From positions 1 to 64,000 of IMG/VR virus record IMGVR_UViG_3300046665_000229: a stretch of DNA of 64,000 nucleotides, one strand, 5' to 3'. The notes below the pieces were generated by a model. That model worked only from the letters and a program-made list of their open reading frames with translations. It did no database searches and was not told the DNA's origin. Source of the DNA: a virus. Of this stretch, positions 1-9,172 are shown in pieces (the first letter of the stretch is position 1; every line of letters begins with the position of its first letter). Position numbers and translations under genes: made by a program.

Positions 1-97
1 CGCCGCTTCGGTGTCGAAGACAATGGTGGCTACCGCTACCGATATGTCCAGTACGCAATTAACGGCGGTTGGTACACCGCAGGATGGGCTTCTTGAT
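1..97 (+). CDS. tail fibre protein, C-terminal end (copy A, partial; matches 62643-62738)
   Basis: In-frame continuation ...RRFGVEDNGGYRYRYVQYAINGGWYTAGWAS* identical to the end of the 61689-62738 fibre gene; stop overlaps next ATG (TGATG). Confidence 0.6.
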
Positions 98-674
98 GAA
101 TATCGTCGATCACGGGACTTGGTCGCTTTACACTCCCGAAGTGTGGCCTGTCGGCATTCCGCAAAACATCGTGTTTTGCAAGTGCGACATCGACGGCGTC
201 GATTGGTATGACTACCAGCGCGTCGGCGACCTCTCGCATGAAAGCGTGAAGGCCGTTTGCTTCAACGAGAACGGCAACTGGATCGTCCGCATCGCCGTCG
301 TTGACGGGAGCCGGCTGTTCCCTGAAGGACGGCGCGTCATTGAGATTTATGACGGCGACCTCGAAGACCCGCAGGCCACTTACGAAGGGCTCATGTATGA
401 CCCCGTGACTAACACGCTTGCAGCCGCGCCGGTCATCGTCATCGTTCCGACCGAAGCCTCAAAGCTTGGTCTGCGCCGCGTCTTCGTCGAGATGGGTGTT
501 TGGGAGCAGGTGAAGGCGCACATTGCTGCCGACGCCGATACGCAGGAAGAATGGGACTTGGCGACGGTGATCAAGCGAACCGATACGCTTACGCAAAAGA
601 TCATCGTCGTGATGCAGCTTTCGCCTGCGCAGGTCGATGCGATCCTGATCCGCGCGAAGCAGTTGGTCAGCTAA
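97..674 (+). CDS. hypothetical protein downstream of tail fibre gene; possible tail fibre assembly chaperone (P2 G position)
   Basis: ATGA overlap with fibre stop; near-identical second copy at 62739-63316 (4 aa differences); position equals P2 gene G. Confidence 0.4.
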
Positions 675-676
675 GA

Positions 677-700
677 GATACTGGAACGGTCCCGACAGGG
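677..700 (+). promoter_or_regulatory. recurrent late-operon motif GATACtGGAACGGTCCCGACAGGG (candidate late promoter/activator site)
   Basis: Same 15-24 nt motif at 39240, 48840, 63320; partial at 7491-7510; always intergenic upstream of morphogenesis/late genes. Confidence 0.35.
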
Positions 701-717
701 ATCGCTACTACACATAC

Positions 718-754
718 GGTTCTCTCAATCCAATTTCTGAGGATTGAGAGAACC
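718..754 (+). promoter_or_regulatory. perfect 14-bp stem hairpin (GGTTCTCTCAATCC/GGATTGAGAGAACC) 3 nt upstream of sheath ATG, sequestering GAGAG Shine-Dalgarno
   Basis: Seen directly; stem conserved but loop changed in copy B (63361-63397). Confidence 0.45.
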
Positions 755-756
755 AA

Positions 757-2166
757 ATGTCCCTTACCGACTTTCTGCACGGCGTCGAGACCGTCACCGT
801 AGACTCCGGCCCCCGGCCGATCCAGACCGTTCGCTCGTCCGTCATCGGACTGATCGGAACGGCACCCGAAGCTAACGACGTAGCTTTCCCCTTGGATACC
901 CCTGTCCTCGTCAACCGTCGTCAGGCGGCTGCGATGATCGGCAAGACCGGCACCCTGCCGCGCGCAATCGACGCGATCTTCGATCAGGGCGGCGCTCTGA
1001 TTGTGCTCGTGCGCGTCGAGGATGACGAGACCGAGAACGGCCAGCTTTCCAAGATCATCGGCGGTGTTGATGCCGAGACTGGCGCGTTCACCGGCATCTA
1101 TGCTTTCCGCGCTTCGGAAACCGAGACCGGCGTCTCGCCGATGATCCTGTGCGCACCGGGCTTCACGCATCAGCGTCCCGTTGGCGTGTCCGGTCATACC
1201 GTGACGGCGGCAGGAGCCAACTACACCGCAGCGACCGTGTCGTTTGCCGGCGGTGGTCAGGGCGCGGTGCTCCCTGTGGCGAAGGTCCTGATCACGAACG
1301 GCAAGGTCTCTGGCCTTGAGTTCACCACGCTCGGCTATGGCATCGTCGCTCCGGTCACGGCCACTATTGCTGGCGATGGCGCTGGCGCGACCGTGACCAT
1401 CCAGACCGGCGCTTCGGCAAATCCGGTGGTCAGCGAAATGAAGGCGCTGGCCGATGGCATGAAGGCGCATATCATCGCGGACGGTCCCTCGACCAACGAT
1501 GCTGCCGCCCTGGCTTATCGTGGCGACCACGGCACCCGCCGCGTGTTCGTTGTCGATCCGGCCGTGTCCGGTTGGTCGGTCTCCGACAAGCAGTATGCCG
1601 TCGAGCGCGCTTCGGCTCGCGTCGCCGGCCTGATCTCGCGCGTCGATAACGAGTCTGGCTTCTGGCAGTCGCCGTCGAACCACGAAATCAATGGCATCGG
1701 CGGTCTCGCCCGTCCCATCGACTACGCATACGGCGACAAGAACAGCCGCGCGAACATCCTCAACGAGAACCGCATCGCCACGATCATTCGTGACAACGGC
1801 TGGTTCCTGTGGGGCAACCGCACTTGCTCTATCGACGAACGGTTCACCTTCCTGTGCGTGTCGCGCACCACGGACATGATCGACATCTCCATCCAGCGCG
1901 CACACCGCTGGGCCGTGGATCGCTCGATCACGAAGAACTACTTCGACGACGTGACTGCGTCCGTGAATGCGTACATGCGTCAGATGAAGACGCAGGGCGC
2001 AATCCTCGGCGGTTCGTGCTGGGTCGATCCCGACTTCAACACGGCGGCTGACATCACCGAAGGCCATGCGACGTTCTCGTATGACTTCACCCCGACGTAT
2101 CCGGCCGAACGCGTGACCTTCCGGTCCACGCTCACCGCCGACTACATCCGCAACCTCTTCGCATAA
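757..2166 (+). CDS. phage tail sheath protein (P2 FI-like)
   Basis: 469 aa, immediately upstream of tube, chaperone, tape measure; P2-type gene order; diverged second copy starts at 63401. Confidence 0.75.
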   Translation: MSLTDFLHGVETVTVDSGPRPIQTVRSSVIGLIGTAPEANDVAFPLDTPVLVNRRQAAAMIGKTGTLPRAIDAIFDQGGALIVLVRVEDDETENGQLSKIIGGVDAETGAFTGIYAFRASETETGVSPMILCAPGFTHQRPVGVSGHTVTAAGANYTAATVSFAGGGQGAVLPVAKVLITNGKVSGLEFTTLGYGIVAPVTATIAGDGAGATVTIQTGASANPVVSEMKALADGMKAHIIADGPSTNDAAALAYRGDHGTRRVFVVDPAVSGWSVSDKQYAVERASARVAGLISRVDNESGFWQSPSNHEINGIGGLARPIDYAYGDKNSRANILNENRIATIIRDNGWFLWGNRTCSIDERFTFLCVSRTTDMIDISIQRAHRWAVDRSITKNYFDDVTASVNAYMRQMKTQGAILGGSCWVDPDFNTAADITEGHATFSYDFTPTYPAERVTFRSTLTADYIRNLFA

Positions 2167-2178
2167 CGGGGAAAGAGA

Positions 2179-2670
2179 ATGATCCCGCGCGTACTTCGCA
2201 ACTACAACACCTTCGTCAACGGGTTCGGCTATGCCGGACTCATTGACGAAGCCGAGCTTCCCGAGATCGCAATCAAGACGGAAGAGCACCGTGGCGGCGG
2301 CACCGACGTTCCCATTGAACTCGATATGGGTATGGAGGTCATGCAGGCGAAGCTCACGATGGCCGAGTACAATCCGACTCTGATGGGTCTGATTGGCACG
2401 GTGGCCCGCATCCAGCTTCGCGGCGCGCTCGTCCGCGACAACGAGGCGGCGGTGCCGATGCTTGTCGAGATGCACGGCCTGTTCAAGAAGTCCACGATGG
2501 GCTCTTGGAAGGCTGGCGACAAGGCCACGAACGAGCTTGAGGTCAGCTTGCGCTACATCAAGATTCAGATCGCGGAAAGCGTCGTCACCGAAATCGACTC
2601 GCAGAACACCGTCCGTATCATCGGTGGCGTCGATCAGCTTGCCTCGCAGCGCGCCGCGATGGGCATGTAA
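2179..2670 (+). CDS. phage tail tube protein (P2 FII-like)
   Basis: 163 aa following sheath, typical size and position. Confidence 0.7.
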   Translation: MIPRVLRNYNTFVNGFGYAGLIDEAELPEIAIKTEEHRGGGTDVPIELDMGMEVMQAKLTMAEYNPTLMGLIGTVARIQLRGALVRDNEAAVPMLVEMHGLFKKSTMGSWKAGDKATNELEVSLRYIKIQIAESVVTEIDSQNTVRIIGGVDQLASQRAAMGM

Positions 2671-2748
2671 GGCGATCCGACTAGCCCCTCTGCTCGCAAG
2701 AGTACGGGCTAGTCTTCCCTCATTCCAACTACACAACCAAGCGGGAGC

Positions 2749-3051
2749 TTGAACATGACTGCTGAGAATAAGCCGACCATCAAGTTCGACGAACGGACCC
2801 ACGCCGCTGTGGCGCTGAGGTATCCGGTCGAAGTGGACGCCATCAAGTATGCGTCGCTGACCATGCGCCGTCCTAAGACGAAGGACTCCAAGATCGTTGC
2901 CAAGCAGGGCGGCGACGACATGAGCAAGGGCATTCTGTTGCTCGCCAATCTGTGCGACGTGGCCCCGGCCGTGATCGAAGAGTTGGACGAGATCGACGCC
3001 GCCGCTCTCGGCGCGCAGCTTGAGGCTTTTCGTGGGGGTCAGTTGAGCTAA
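2749..3051 (+). CDS. tail assembly chaperone (P2 gpE / lambda G-like), with probable -1 frameshift extension to 3206
   Basis: ~100 aa ORF directly before tape measure; -1 frame stays open from 3020 to 3206 ending 8 nt before the TMP start; G5 run GUGGGGGUCA near the end of the 0 frame. Confidence 0.55.
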   Translation: MNMTAENKPTIKFDERTHAAVALRYPVEVDAIKYASLTMRRPKTKDSKIVAKQGGDDMSKGILLLANLCDVAPAVIEELDEIDAAALGAQLEAFRGGQLS

Positions 3052-3214
3052 GCGAACTTCGCAAGGCGATCCTGACCCTGATCCGCCTCACTAAAGGCGG
3101 CGTTTCTATCAGTGAGTGCGAGGAAATGTTCCTCGACGAGTTCTTCGACTGGCTTGAGGCGGCGGTGTCGCTTCAAGCCGAAATCAACAAGGCACAGGCC
3201 AAGGGCTAGTAGAG

Positions 3215-5782
3215 ATGGCGTCGCAGTTCTCCGTTCTCGTCAACATCGGAGGCAAGGTCAACGCCAGTCTCGGTGCCGCTGTCGCGCAGGCGAAGTCGCA
3301 GGTCAATGGACTTGCGGCTTCCGTAGCCGCAGCCAGCAAGCAATTCGCCGTACCGTTCCAGAACATCAATAAGCAACTCTCTGCGACCTCGAAGCGGATG
3401 GAGAAGATGCAGCGCGTCGGCGCGCGCTCCACCATGGCCGTGACCGCGCCGGTTGGCTTGATGTCGGTCAGTCTTATCAAGGAAGCCAACGAGCGCGCCA
3501 AGGCATTGAACGTCGTGGATGCTGTCGGCCTCGACGAGTTCAAGCCCGAACAAGAAGCTGAGCGCAAAAAGGCTCTCAAGGAAGTCAGCGATCAGGCTGA
3601 TGAACTGTCTTTCAAGTACGGCAAGGCGACCGACATCCTGAAGACCTTCAACGAACTGTTGAAGGCCGGCTTCAAGGTGCCCGCCGCAAAAGGCTCCATC
3701 GAGACCGTCCTTCAGGGTGCGGCTACGGCTGACGACATGAGCGGCGCTGAACTCGGCGGCTACGTCTCGAAGCTCGCCGTTCAATACCGCTTGGGCATGG
3801 AGAAGACTGAAGAAGCTGCCGCGAGCACGAAGCGCATCACTGACGCGCTTGTCTACGGCGCGATGAAGACCAGTGCGAGCACGAAGGACATGGCGCAATC
3901 ATTCCGCTATGTCGGTGCTGCGGCTTCCGCAGCCGGTCAGGACGTTGAGCAGACGAACGCGCTGATCATCGCAATGGCGAAGGGCGGCGTGCTCAACTCG
4001 GAATCGGGCGTCTCGCTGCGTTCGGCCTATGTGAAGCTGATCAAGCCGACCAAGGGTGGCTTCTCGGCCATGCAGCGACTTGGCCTGAAGTATGAGGATT
4101 ATGTCGGCGGCGGCAAGGTCGATGCCAAGGGCATCAATGGCGGTCTCGCAGCGCAGGGTTATGACCTGCCCGAGAAGGTCGTGACCAATGCGCTGAAGAA
4201 GAATGGCCATACCGCGCAGCGCAAGGCGCTGTTCGATGCCATCGCTGAGAAAATGGGCGGCGCAGCGGCGGATCGCGACAAGATCATGGAGGCGGTTGAC
4301 GAAAGCTTCACGCTGGCTGGCGGCAAGATCGACTTGCCGAAGCTGCTGATCGACCTGAAGAAGGCGGGTGCAACGCAGACCGAACTCGCGCAAATCTTCG
4401 AGGGTCGGCAGTCGGTGAAGATGATCATCGGCATGATGCAAGACCTCGACGCGATCTTGAAGGACGTGCGCACCAACTCGAATGGCTATTCCGAGAAAAC
4501 GTTCTCGCGCCTGTTCGTTGGCCTGCCGGCGACGATCACTCGGCTCGATGCGGCGTTCACCAAGTTCAAGATGACGTTGATGGCGCTCGTCCTTCCCGAC
4601 TTGATGAAGGGTATGGAATGGCTTCAGAAGCAGTTCGCTCAAATGGCGGTCGCCAATCCGGCGTTGCTGAAGACGGGCATCTATCTCGCCCTGGCTGCGG
4701 CTGCTGCCGGGCCGCTGGCGTTCGCGCTCGGGGCGGTCGCACGAGGCGCTGTGCTGATGTCCCGTGCGCTGATCTTGGCGCTGACGCCCGTGAAGTGGAT
4801 GGCACTTGCAATCGTCGGCCTGTCGCGCGGCCTTTGGGGAGCCGGCTTGGCGGCGCTCGCGCTCGGCGGACGCCTGCGGCTCATCGGCACCGCAATGGCC
4901 CTGCTCGCCGTTCCCGGCGGCGCACGCTTGGTTATGGCTGCGATGGGTGCGAGCCTTCTTGCGTTCGGCAAGTCGCTTCTGCGCTTCCCGCTGACGATCC
5001 TGCGCGGCATTGGAGGTGCCCTCATGCTGATCGTGGCCAATCCGGTCGGTGTGATCATCGCTGCAATGGTCACGGCTCTGACCGCTCTTGGCGTATGGGT
5101 CTACAACAATTGGGATGGCGTGAAGTCGTTCTTCGCCGGCTTCGGCGACGGTTTCATGAAGGGGCTCGGCCCGGCTGGCGATAGCGTCAAGAAGCTCGGC
5201 GACGGGCTTAGCTCGGTCGTGAAGTGGATCGGCGACTTGGTCGGCCCGCTGGATGCGAGCACTGCGAAGTGGAAGGAATGGGGCGAGTCTGTCGGCGGCA
5301 TTGCTGCGGAGGGCGTCAACAAGATTCTCGGCGCGATCAACGCGCTCATTGGCGGCATCAAGTCGGCAATCGAGTTCGCCGGCAATCTCGGTAGCGCCAT
5401 TGGCAACGCGCTGTCGTCGCCTCGCACGCGCGCCGGCCCGCGATACTCGACGCCCGCCCCCATCGGCGCTCGCGCGCTTGGCGGTCCCGTGAACGGCGGT
5501 ATGCCGTACCTCGTTGGCGAGCGCGGCCCCGAACTGTTCGTGCCCGGCGCGACCGGCCGTATCGAGACGAACAATCGACTGCGCGCCCTGACCGCCAGCG
5601 GTGCCGGCGTTGTGGCGGCTCGCGATAAGTCCCCGGCGGCGGGACCGCGCAGCCAGACCGCGCACGTCACCGTGAAGGTTGATGGTGGCGACCCGCATGC
5701 CGTGGGTCAGGCCGCCGAAGCCGCCGTCTATCGCGTGTTCGCTCGTATGGAAAACGAGCAGCGCGGACTCTTGAGTGATTGA
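3215..5782 (+). CDS. tail tape measure protein
   Basis: 855 aa, Ala/Gly-rich, long central hydrophobic segments, position after chaperone. Confidence 0.85.
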   Translation: MASQFSVLVNIGGKVNASLGAAVAQAKSQVNGLAASVAAASKQFAVPFQNINKQLSATSKRMEKMQRVGARSTMAVTAPVGLMSVSLIKEANERAKALNVVDAVGLDEFKPEQEAERKKALKEVSDQADELSFKYGKATDILKTFNELLKAGFKVPAAKGSIETVLQGAATADDMSGAELGGYVSKLAVQYRLGMEKTEEAAASTKRITDALVYGAMKTSASTKDMAQSFRYVGAAASAAGQDVEQTNALIIAMAKGGVLNSESGVSLRSAYVKLIKPTKGGFSAMQRLGLKYEDYVGGGKVDAKGINGGLAAQGYDLPEKVVTNALKKNGHTAQRKALFDAIAEKMGGAAADRDKIMEAVDESFTLAGGKIDLPKLLIDLKKAGATQTELAQIFEGRQSVKMIIGMMQDLDAILKDVRTNSNGYSEKTFSRLFVGLPATITRLDAAFTKFKMTLMALVLPDLMKGMEWLQKQFAQMAVANPALLKTGIYLALAAAAAGPLAFALGAVARGAVLMSRALILALTPVKWMALAIVGLSRGLWGAGLAALALGGRLRLIGTAMALLAVPGGARLVMAAMGASLLAFGKSLLRFPLTILRGIGGALMLIVANPVGVIIAAMVTALTALGVWVYNNWDGVKSFFAGFGDGFMKGLGPAGDSVKKLGDGLSSVVKWIGDLVGPLDASTAKWKEWGESVGGIAAEGVNKILGAINALIGGIKSAIEFAGNLGSAIGNALSSPRTRAGPRYSTPAPIGARALGGPVNGGMPYLVGERGPELFVPGATGRIETNNRLRALTASGAGVVAARDKSPAAGPRSQTAHVTVKVDGGDPHAVGQAAEAAVYRVFARMENEQRGLLSD

Positions 5783-6171
5783 TCATGCAAAGCTCTGTTC
5801 TTCTCGCGCTCGGCAACTACCGCTTCTCGGTCTCCGATGGCGCTTTCCAGACGTTCAAGCGCGCGACCTCTTGGCGCTGGCCGGCGCAGGAGCGCATCGG
5901 CATGGCCCCGGCCAAGCAGTTCGTTGGCCCCGGTGAATGCACGGTCTCGATCGAGGGCGTGATCTATCCGCACTATGCCGGCGGCCTGCGCCAGATCGAC
6001 CAGATGATCGCGCAAGCCGGTCTCGGTAGTCCGCTGCAACTCGTCACCGGCTACGGCCGATATCTCGGGCTCTACTGCATCGAGAAGGTCACGGACGATC
6101 AGAGCGTCTTCATGCAGGACGGCGCTCCGAAGAAGATTGAGTTCACGATTGAGCTTGGGGCTTACGGCTAA
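5779..6171 (+). CDS. phage tail protein (P2 gpU-like)
   Basis: 130 aa after TMP, stop/start overlap with next gene; P2 T-U-D order. Confidence 0.55.
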   Translation: MIMQSSVLLALGNYRFSVSDGAFQTFKRATSWRWPAQERIGMAPAKQFVGPGECTVSIEGVIYPHYAGGLRQIDQMIAQAGLGSPLQLVTGYGRYLGLYCIEKVTDDQSVFMQDGAPKKIEFTIELGAYG

Positions 6172-6377
6172 TGGATGAGTACACGACTATTGAAGGCGAC
6201 ACGGTTGATCTGATCGCATGGAATCGCTCTGGCGAGACCAAGGGCGCGACGGAAGCAATCCTTGTTGCCAACCCCGGCCTCGCCGCGAAGGGCACGTCCC
6301 TGCCCGCTGGCATCGTGATTAACATCCCTGCTTGGACGAAGAAGAAGGCAAACGTCGCCGCGAGGATTTGGTCGTGA
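6171..6377 (+). CDS. phage tail protein X-like (LysM-like, 68 aa)
   Basis: 68 aa small protein with taATG coupling; size and composition like P2 gpX. Confidence 0.6.
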   Translation: MDEYTTIEGDTVDLIAWNRSGETKGATEAILVANPGLAAKGTSLPAGIVINIPAWTKKKANVAARIWS

Positions 6378-7477
6378 AGCCTGCATGCCGCATTGTGATG
6401 GATGGCATCGACATCACCGCGAACCTGATCCCGGCGCCCTTCGGCATGCCTCTGCTTGGCGGTGGCGTCGCTGTGAACGCGATGGGTTTCGGCAAGGGCG
6501 CGCTACTCTCGATCACGATCCAGGACAACGAGGGCAAGAAGTCTGACTCCTGTCAATTGGAGCTCGATGCCCGCGAATACATCCCCTCGCCCGGCAAGGG
6601 TTCCAAGTTGCAGGTCTGGCTCGGCTACGCCGAGACGGGCGTCAACTACATGGGCACGTTCCTGATCGAGTCGTGGACGAAGAAGGGTCGGCCGAAGACG
6701 ATGACCGTCTCGGCAAAGGCGGCTGGCCTGACGACGGATATCAAGGCTCCGAAGTCGCGCAGCTACCATGAGACGACGGTCGGCGAGATCGTCAACAAGA
6801 TCGCCGGCAAGCATGGCTTGAGCGCGGTCGTTGATGGCAGCGTTGCCTCACAGAAGATCGGCCACATTGATCAGTCGAATGAGTCAGACATCAACTTCCT
6901 GACGCGTCTCGCCGGCCGTGTTGGCGCAAACTTCAAGCTCGCTGACGAGAAGATCATCTATAACAAGGCGGGCTCGGGCCAGCTTCCCGGTGGCGGCAAC
7001 GCGCCGACCTTCATCCTGACTGAGGAAGGGATGACCGATTGGGATTGCACGGGCTCGACGCGCGGCGAATACTCTGCTGTCGAGGCGGCATACCACAACG
7101 TCAAGAAGGGCGAGCGCGAATGGGTTAAGAACTCTGGCGCTGGCGGTGGCGGTGGCGGTGGCGGTGGCGGCAAGAAGGGGCCGACGCATCGCGTGCGCAA
7201 GCTTTTCAAGACGAAGGAAGAAGCCGAGTCGCAGGCCAACGCCACGAAGTCGTCGCTTGCTCGCGGTGGCAAGGTCCTCGGTGGCAGTATGCCGGGTCGC
7301 ACGGAAGTCTTCGCGGGCGCTGGCGCTGCGGCACAGGGGTTCGATCCCGATGTCGATGACGCGTACACTATCAAGTCGGCGACGCACACGTTGAATAGCA
7401 ACGGTCTCTCGACGCGCATCTCTTGTGAGCAAGGTGGCGAAGGCGACGACGACTCTTGGGGCGGTGGCGGCGAGTAG
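6374..7477 (+). CDS. phage late control gene D protein (P2 gpD-like tail protein)
   Basis: ~370 aa after U/X, terminal tail gene in P2 order; GTG start overlapping X stop (ORF track start 6332). Confidence 0.7.
   Translation: MKPACRIVMDGIDITANLIPAPFGMPLLGGGVAVNAMGFGKGALLSITIQDNEGKKSDSCQLELDAREYIPSPGKGSKLQVWLGYAETGVNYMGTFLIESWTKKGRPKTMTVSAKAAGLTTDIKAPKSRSYHETTVGEIVNKIAGKHGLSAVVDGSVASQKIGHIDQSNESDINFLTRLAGRVGANFKLADEKIIYNKAGSGQLPGGGNAPTFILTEEGMTDWDCTGSTRGEYSAVEAAYHNVKKGEREWVKNSGAGGGGGGGGGGKKGPTHRVRKLFKTKEEAESQANATKSSLARGGKVLGGSMPGRTEVFAGAGAAAQGFDPDVDDAYTIKSATHTLNSNGLSTRISCEQGGEGDDDSWGGGGE
7137..7175 (+). repeat. (GGTGGC)n hexanucleotide tandem repeat encoding a Gly10 run inside gpD
   Basis: ggcgctggcggtggcggtggcggtggcggtggcggc seen directly; translated GAGGGGGGGGGGKK. 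Confidence 0.8.
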
Positions 7478-7522
7478 CGGCTACTCAAATGGTCCCGACA
7501 AAGCGGAACGTATAGCGACAAT

Positions 7523-7546
7523 ACTCTCCAACGGAATTTGGAGAGT
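7523..7546 (+). promoter_or_regulatory. 8-bp stem hairpin (ACTCTCCA/TGGAGAGT) enclosing the SD immediately upstream of the amidase start; preceded by partial late motif (7491-7510)
   Basis: Seen directly. Confidence 0.4.
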
Positions 7547-8476
7547 GTCGTGCGATACGAAGAGTTCACCATCAAGAAGGGCATCGGCTACTGCAACGGC
7601 GTAGCCCTTCCCTTCAAGCGCAGCCCGAACATCGGCGGCTCCCTGAAGCCGCGATACATCGTGATCCACGACACCGCGTCCGGCCTGAAGGACGACGGCG
7701 ACATTGCGTGGCTGACTGACAAGGCCAGCAAGGTCTCGGCGCATGTCGTCGTCAGCCGCGAGGGCAAGGTCACGCAGCTTGTGCCGTTCAACGTTGTTGC
7801 ATGGCACGCCGGTCAGTCGCAGTGGAAGGGACTCAAGTTCCTGAACAGCTACGCGGTCGGCATCGAGATCGACAACCCCGGCAAGCTTCAGAAGGTGTCG
7901 GAAGGTGTCTACAAGAACGACATCGTTACCATCGACACGAACAAGAATCCGTCGCTGAAGGTCAGCTACGCAAAGACTTCGGCGCACGGTGCCGGCTATT
8001 GGCTGGAATACACGTCCGAGCAGATCGAGACCGTGAAGCGGCTCTGCACGGCACTGTGCGTCGAATACCGGATCGAGGACATCCTGACTCATTGGATGAT
8101 CTCGCCGGGCCGCAAGATCGACACCAACCCGACCTACCCGCTCGACAAGCTGCGCGCCGCTGCGCTCGGGTCGAGCGGTGGCGTTCCGCTGGGCTTCATG
8201 ACCGAAGCGCAGTCGGAGGATGGCGAACGCACCGATACCGACGAGTCCGGCGAAAAGTTCGATGAAGATCATCGCAACGAGAAGTCCGACGAAAGTCATA
8301 TCGGTGCGTTCGCCAAGGTGAAGCAATTCATCAAGGGAAAGATCGCGGCAGGCACCGGCATCTTCGGCGGCTTGTCCCTGTCCTCGCTGTCCGGCGTTGA
8401 CTGGAAGGTGATCGCCGTCGTCGGCGCTATCGCCGTCATTGGTCTTGCCATCTGGATTTGGAGCGAGCGGGAATGA
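7538..8476 (+). CDS. N-acetylmuramoyl-L-alanine amidase (Amidase_2/PGRP-type endolysin) with acidic linker and C-terminal transmembrane helix
   Basis: Amidase_2-like N-terminal region (IVIHDTAS..., AWHAG); C-terminus WKVIAVVGAIAVIGLAIWIW is a single hydrophobic helix. Confidence 0.75.
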   Translation: MESVVRYEEFTIKKGIGYCNGVALPFKRSPNIGGSLKPRYIVIHDTASGLKDDGDIAWLTDKASKVSAHVVVSREGKVTQLVPFNVVAWHAGQSQWKGLKFLNSYAVGIEIDNPGKLQKVSEGVYKNDIVTIDTNKNPSLKVSYAKTSAHGAGYWLEYTSEQIETVKRLCTALCVEYRIEDILTHWMISPGRKIDTNPTYPLDKLRAAALGSSGGVPLGFMTEAQSEDGERTDTDESGEKFDEDHRNEKSDESHIGAFAKVKQFIKGKIAAGTGIFGGLSLSSLSGVDWKVIAVVGAIAVIGLAIWIWSERE

Positions 8477-8970
8477 TCGCGAAGTTCTTCGCCGACCTCA
8501 ATGACAAGCTCGGGCTTGGCGACCTGTTCTGGCAGGTCGCCACTTCCTACACGGTTATCCTCGCCCTGGCTGCACTGGTCGTCGTCTGCACGGTGGTCGC
8601 GCACTTCCCGATCATCAGCAAGCTCAAGGTCTTCGAGCCCTACACGACCGCCGCTGCGATCCTCGTTTACGTCTTCCTCTCGATGCAGGCGTTCTGCGTA
8701 GGCTTTCGCATCGCCGATGGGCGAGCCGAGATCAAGCGATTGAAGGATGCCGTCGTGGTCGCTGGCACCGTGATCAGGTCGCAAACCAAGTCACTGAATA
8801 ACATGATCGAAGCAAACGAGATCATGCAGGGACAACGAGACGAAGCGGCGCAACGCGCCAAGACCGCACAGGACAAGATCGATGAATATGCAAAGGGCCT
8901 TCCGCCTGCTCAAGGTGACGACTGTCGGATCACTCCTGATGATCTCGCTTTCGGCGTGCAAGACCACTGA
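8473..8970 (+). CDS. lysis membrane protein, 2 TM helices plus coiled-coil (holin-like, or atypical spanin)
   Basis: ATGA overlap with amidase stop; two hydrophobic helices then charged coiled-coil tail. Confidence 0.4.
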   Translation: MIAKFFADLNDKLGLGDLFWQVATSYTVILALAALVVVCTVVAHFPIISKLKVFEPYTTAAAILVYVFLSMQAFCVGFRIADGRAEIKRLKDAVVVAGTVIRSQTKSLNNMIEANEIMQGQRDEAAQRAKTAQDKIDEYAKGLPPAQGDDCRITPDDLAFGVQDH

Positions 8971-9172
8971 GCCGGCACGCCCCGCTCCGACCTTCACTGT
9001 GCCGCATGAGTCCACGCTGGTCATGGACGAAGTGGAGTCCACGGTGAAGGTCGGCGACCACGCCAAGGTCGCGTATCAGAAGGAAAAGGCTGCTCGCATC
9101 GAAGCGAACAAGCGCCTCCGACTCTCCCGCCGTAACGTGCGTAACGTGCGCCTGAAAGCTGCCGGCCAATGA
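8882..9172 (+). CDS. outer-membrane lipoprotein, o-spanin-like (Rz1/LysC-like), start embedded in +1 frame of preceding gene
   Basis: Signal peptide with lipobox LSAC, 96 aa, overlaps last ~90 nt of 8473-8970 in another frame. Confidence 0.5.
   Translation: MNMQRAFRLLKVTTVGSLLMISLSACKTTEPARPAPTFTVPHESTLVMDEVESTVKVGDHAKVAYQKEKAARIEANKRLRLSRRNVRNVRLKAAGQ

Noticed and set aside
1-1400. Terminal repeat as assembly wrap-around of a circular genome
   Set aside because: The two copies are clearly diverged in the sheath gene and the hairpin loop, which is inconsistent with an artefactual duplication.
667-2802. 711-aa ORF on the minus strand overlapping sheath and tube genes
   Set aside because: Antisense ORF typical of high-GC DNA. 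The plus-strand genes have conserved function, synteny and start signals.
3899-5698. 599-aa minus-strand ORF inside the tape measure gene
   Set aside because: Spurious. The plus-strand TMP fits the tail operon.
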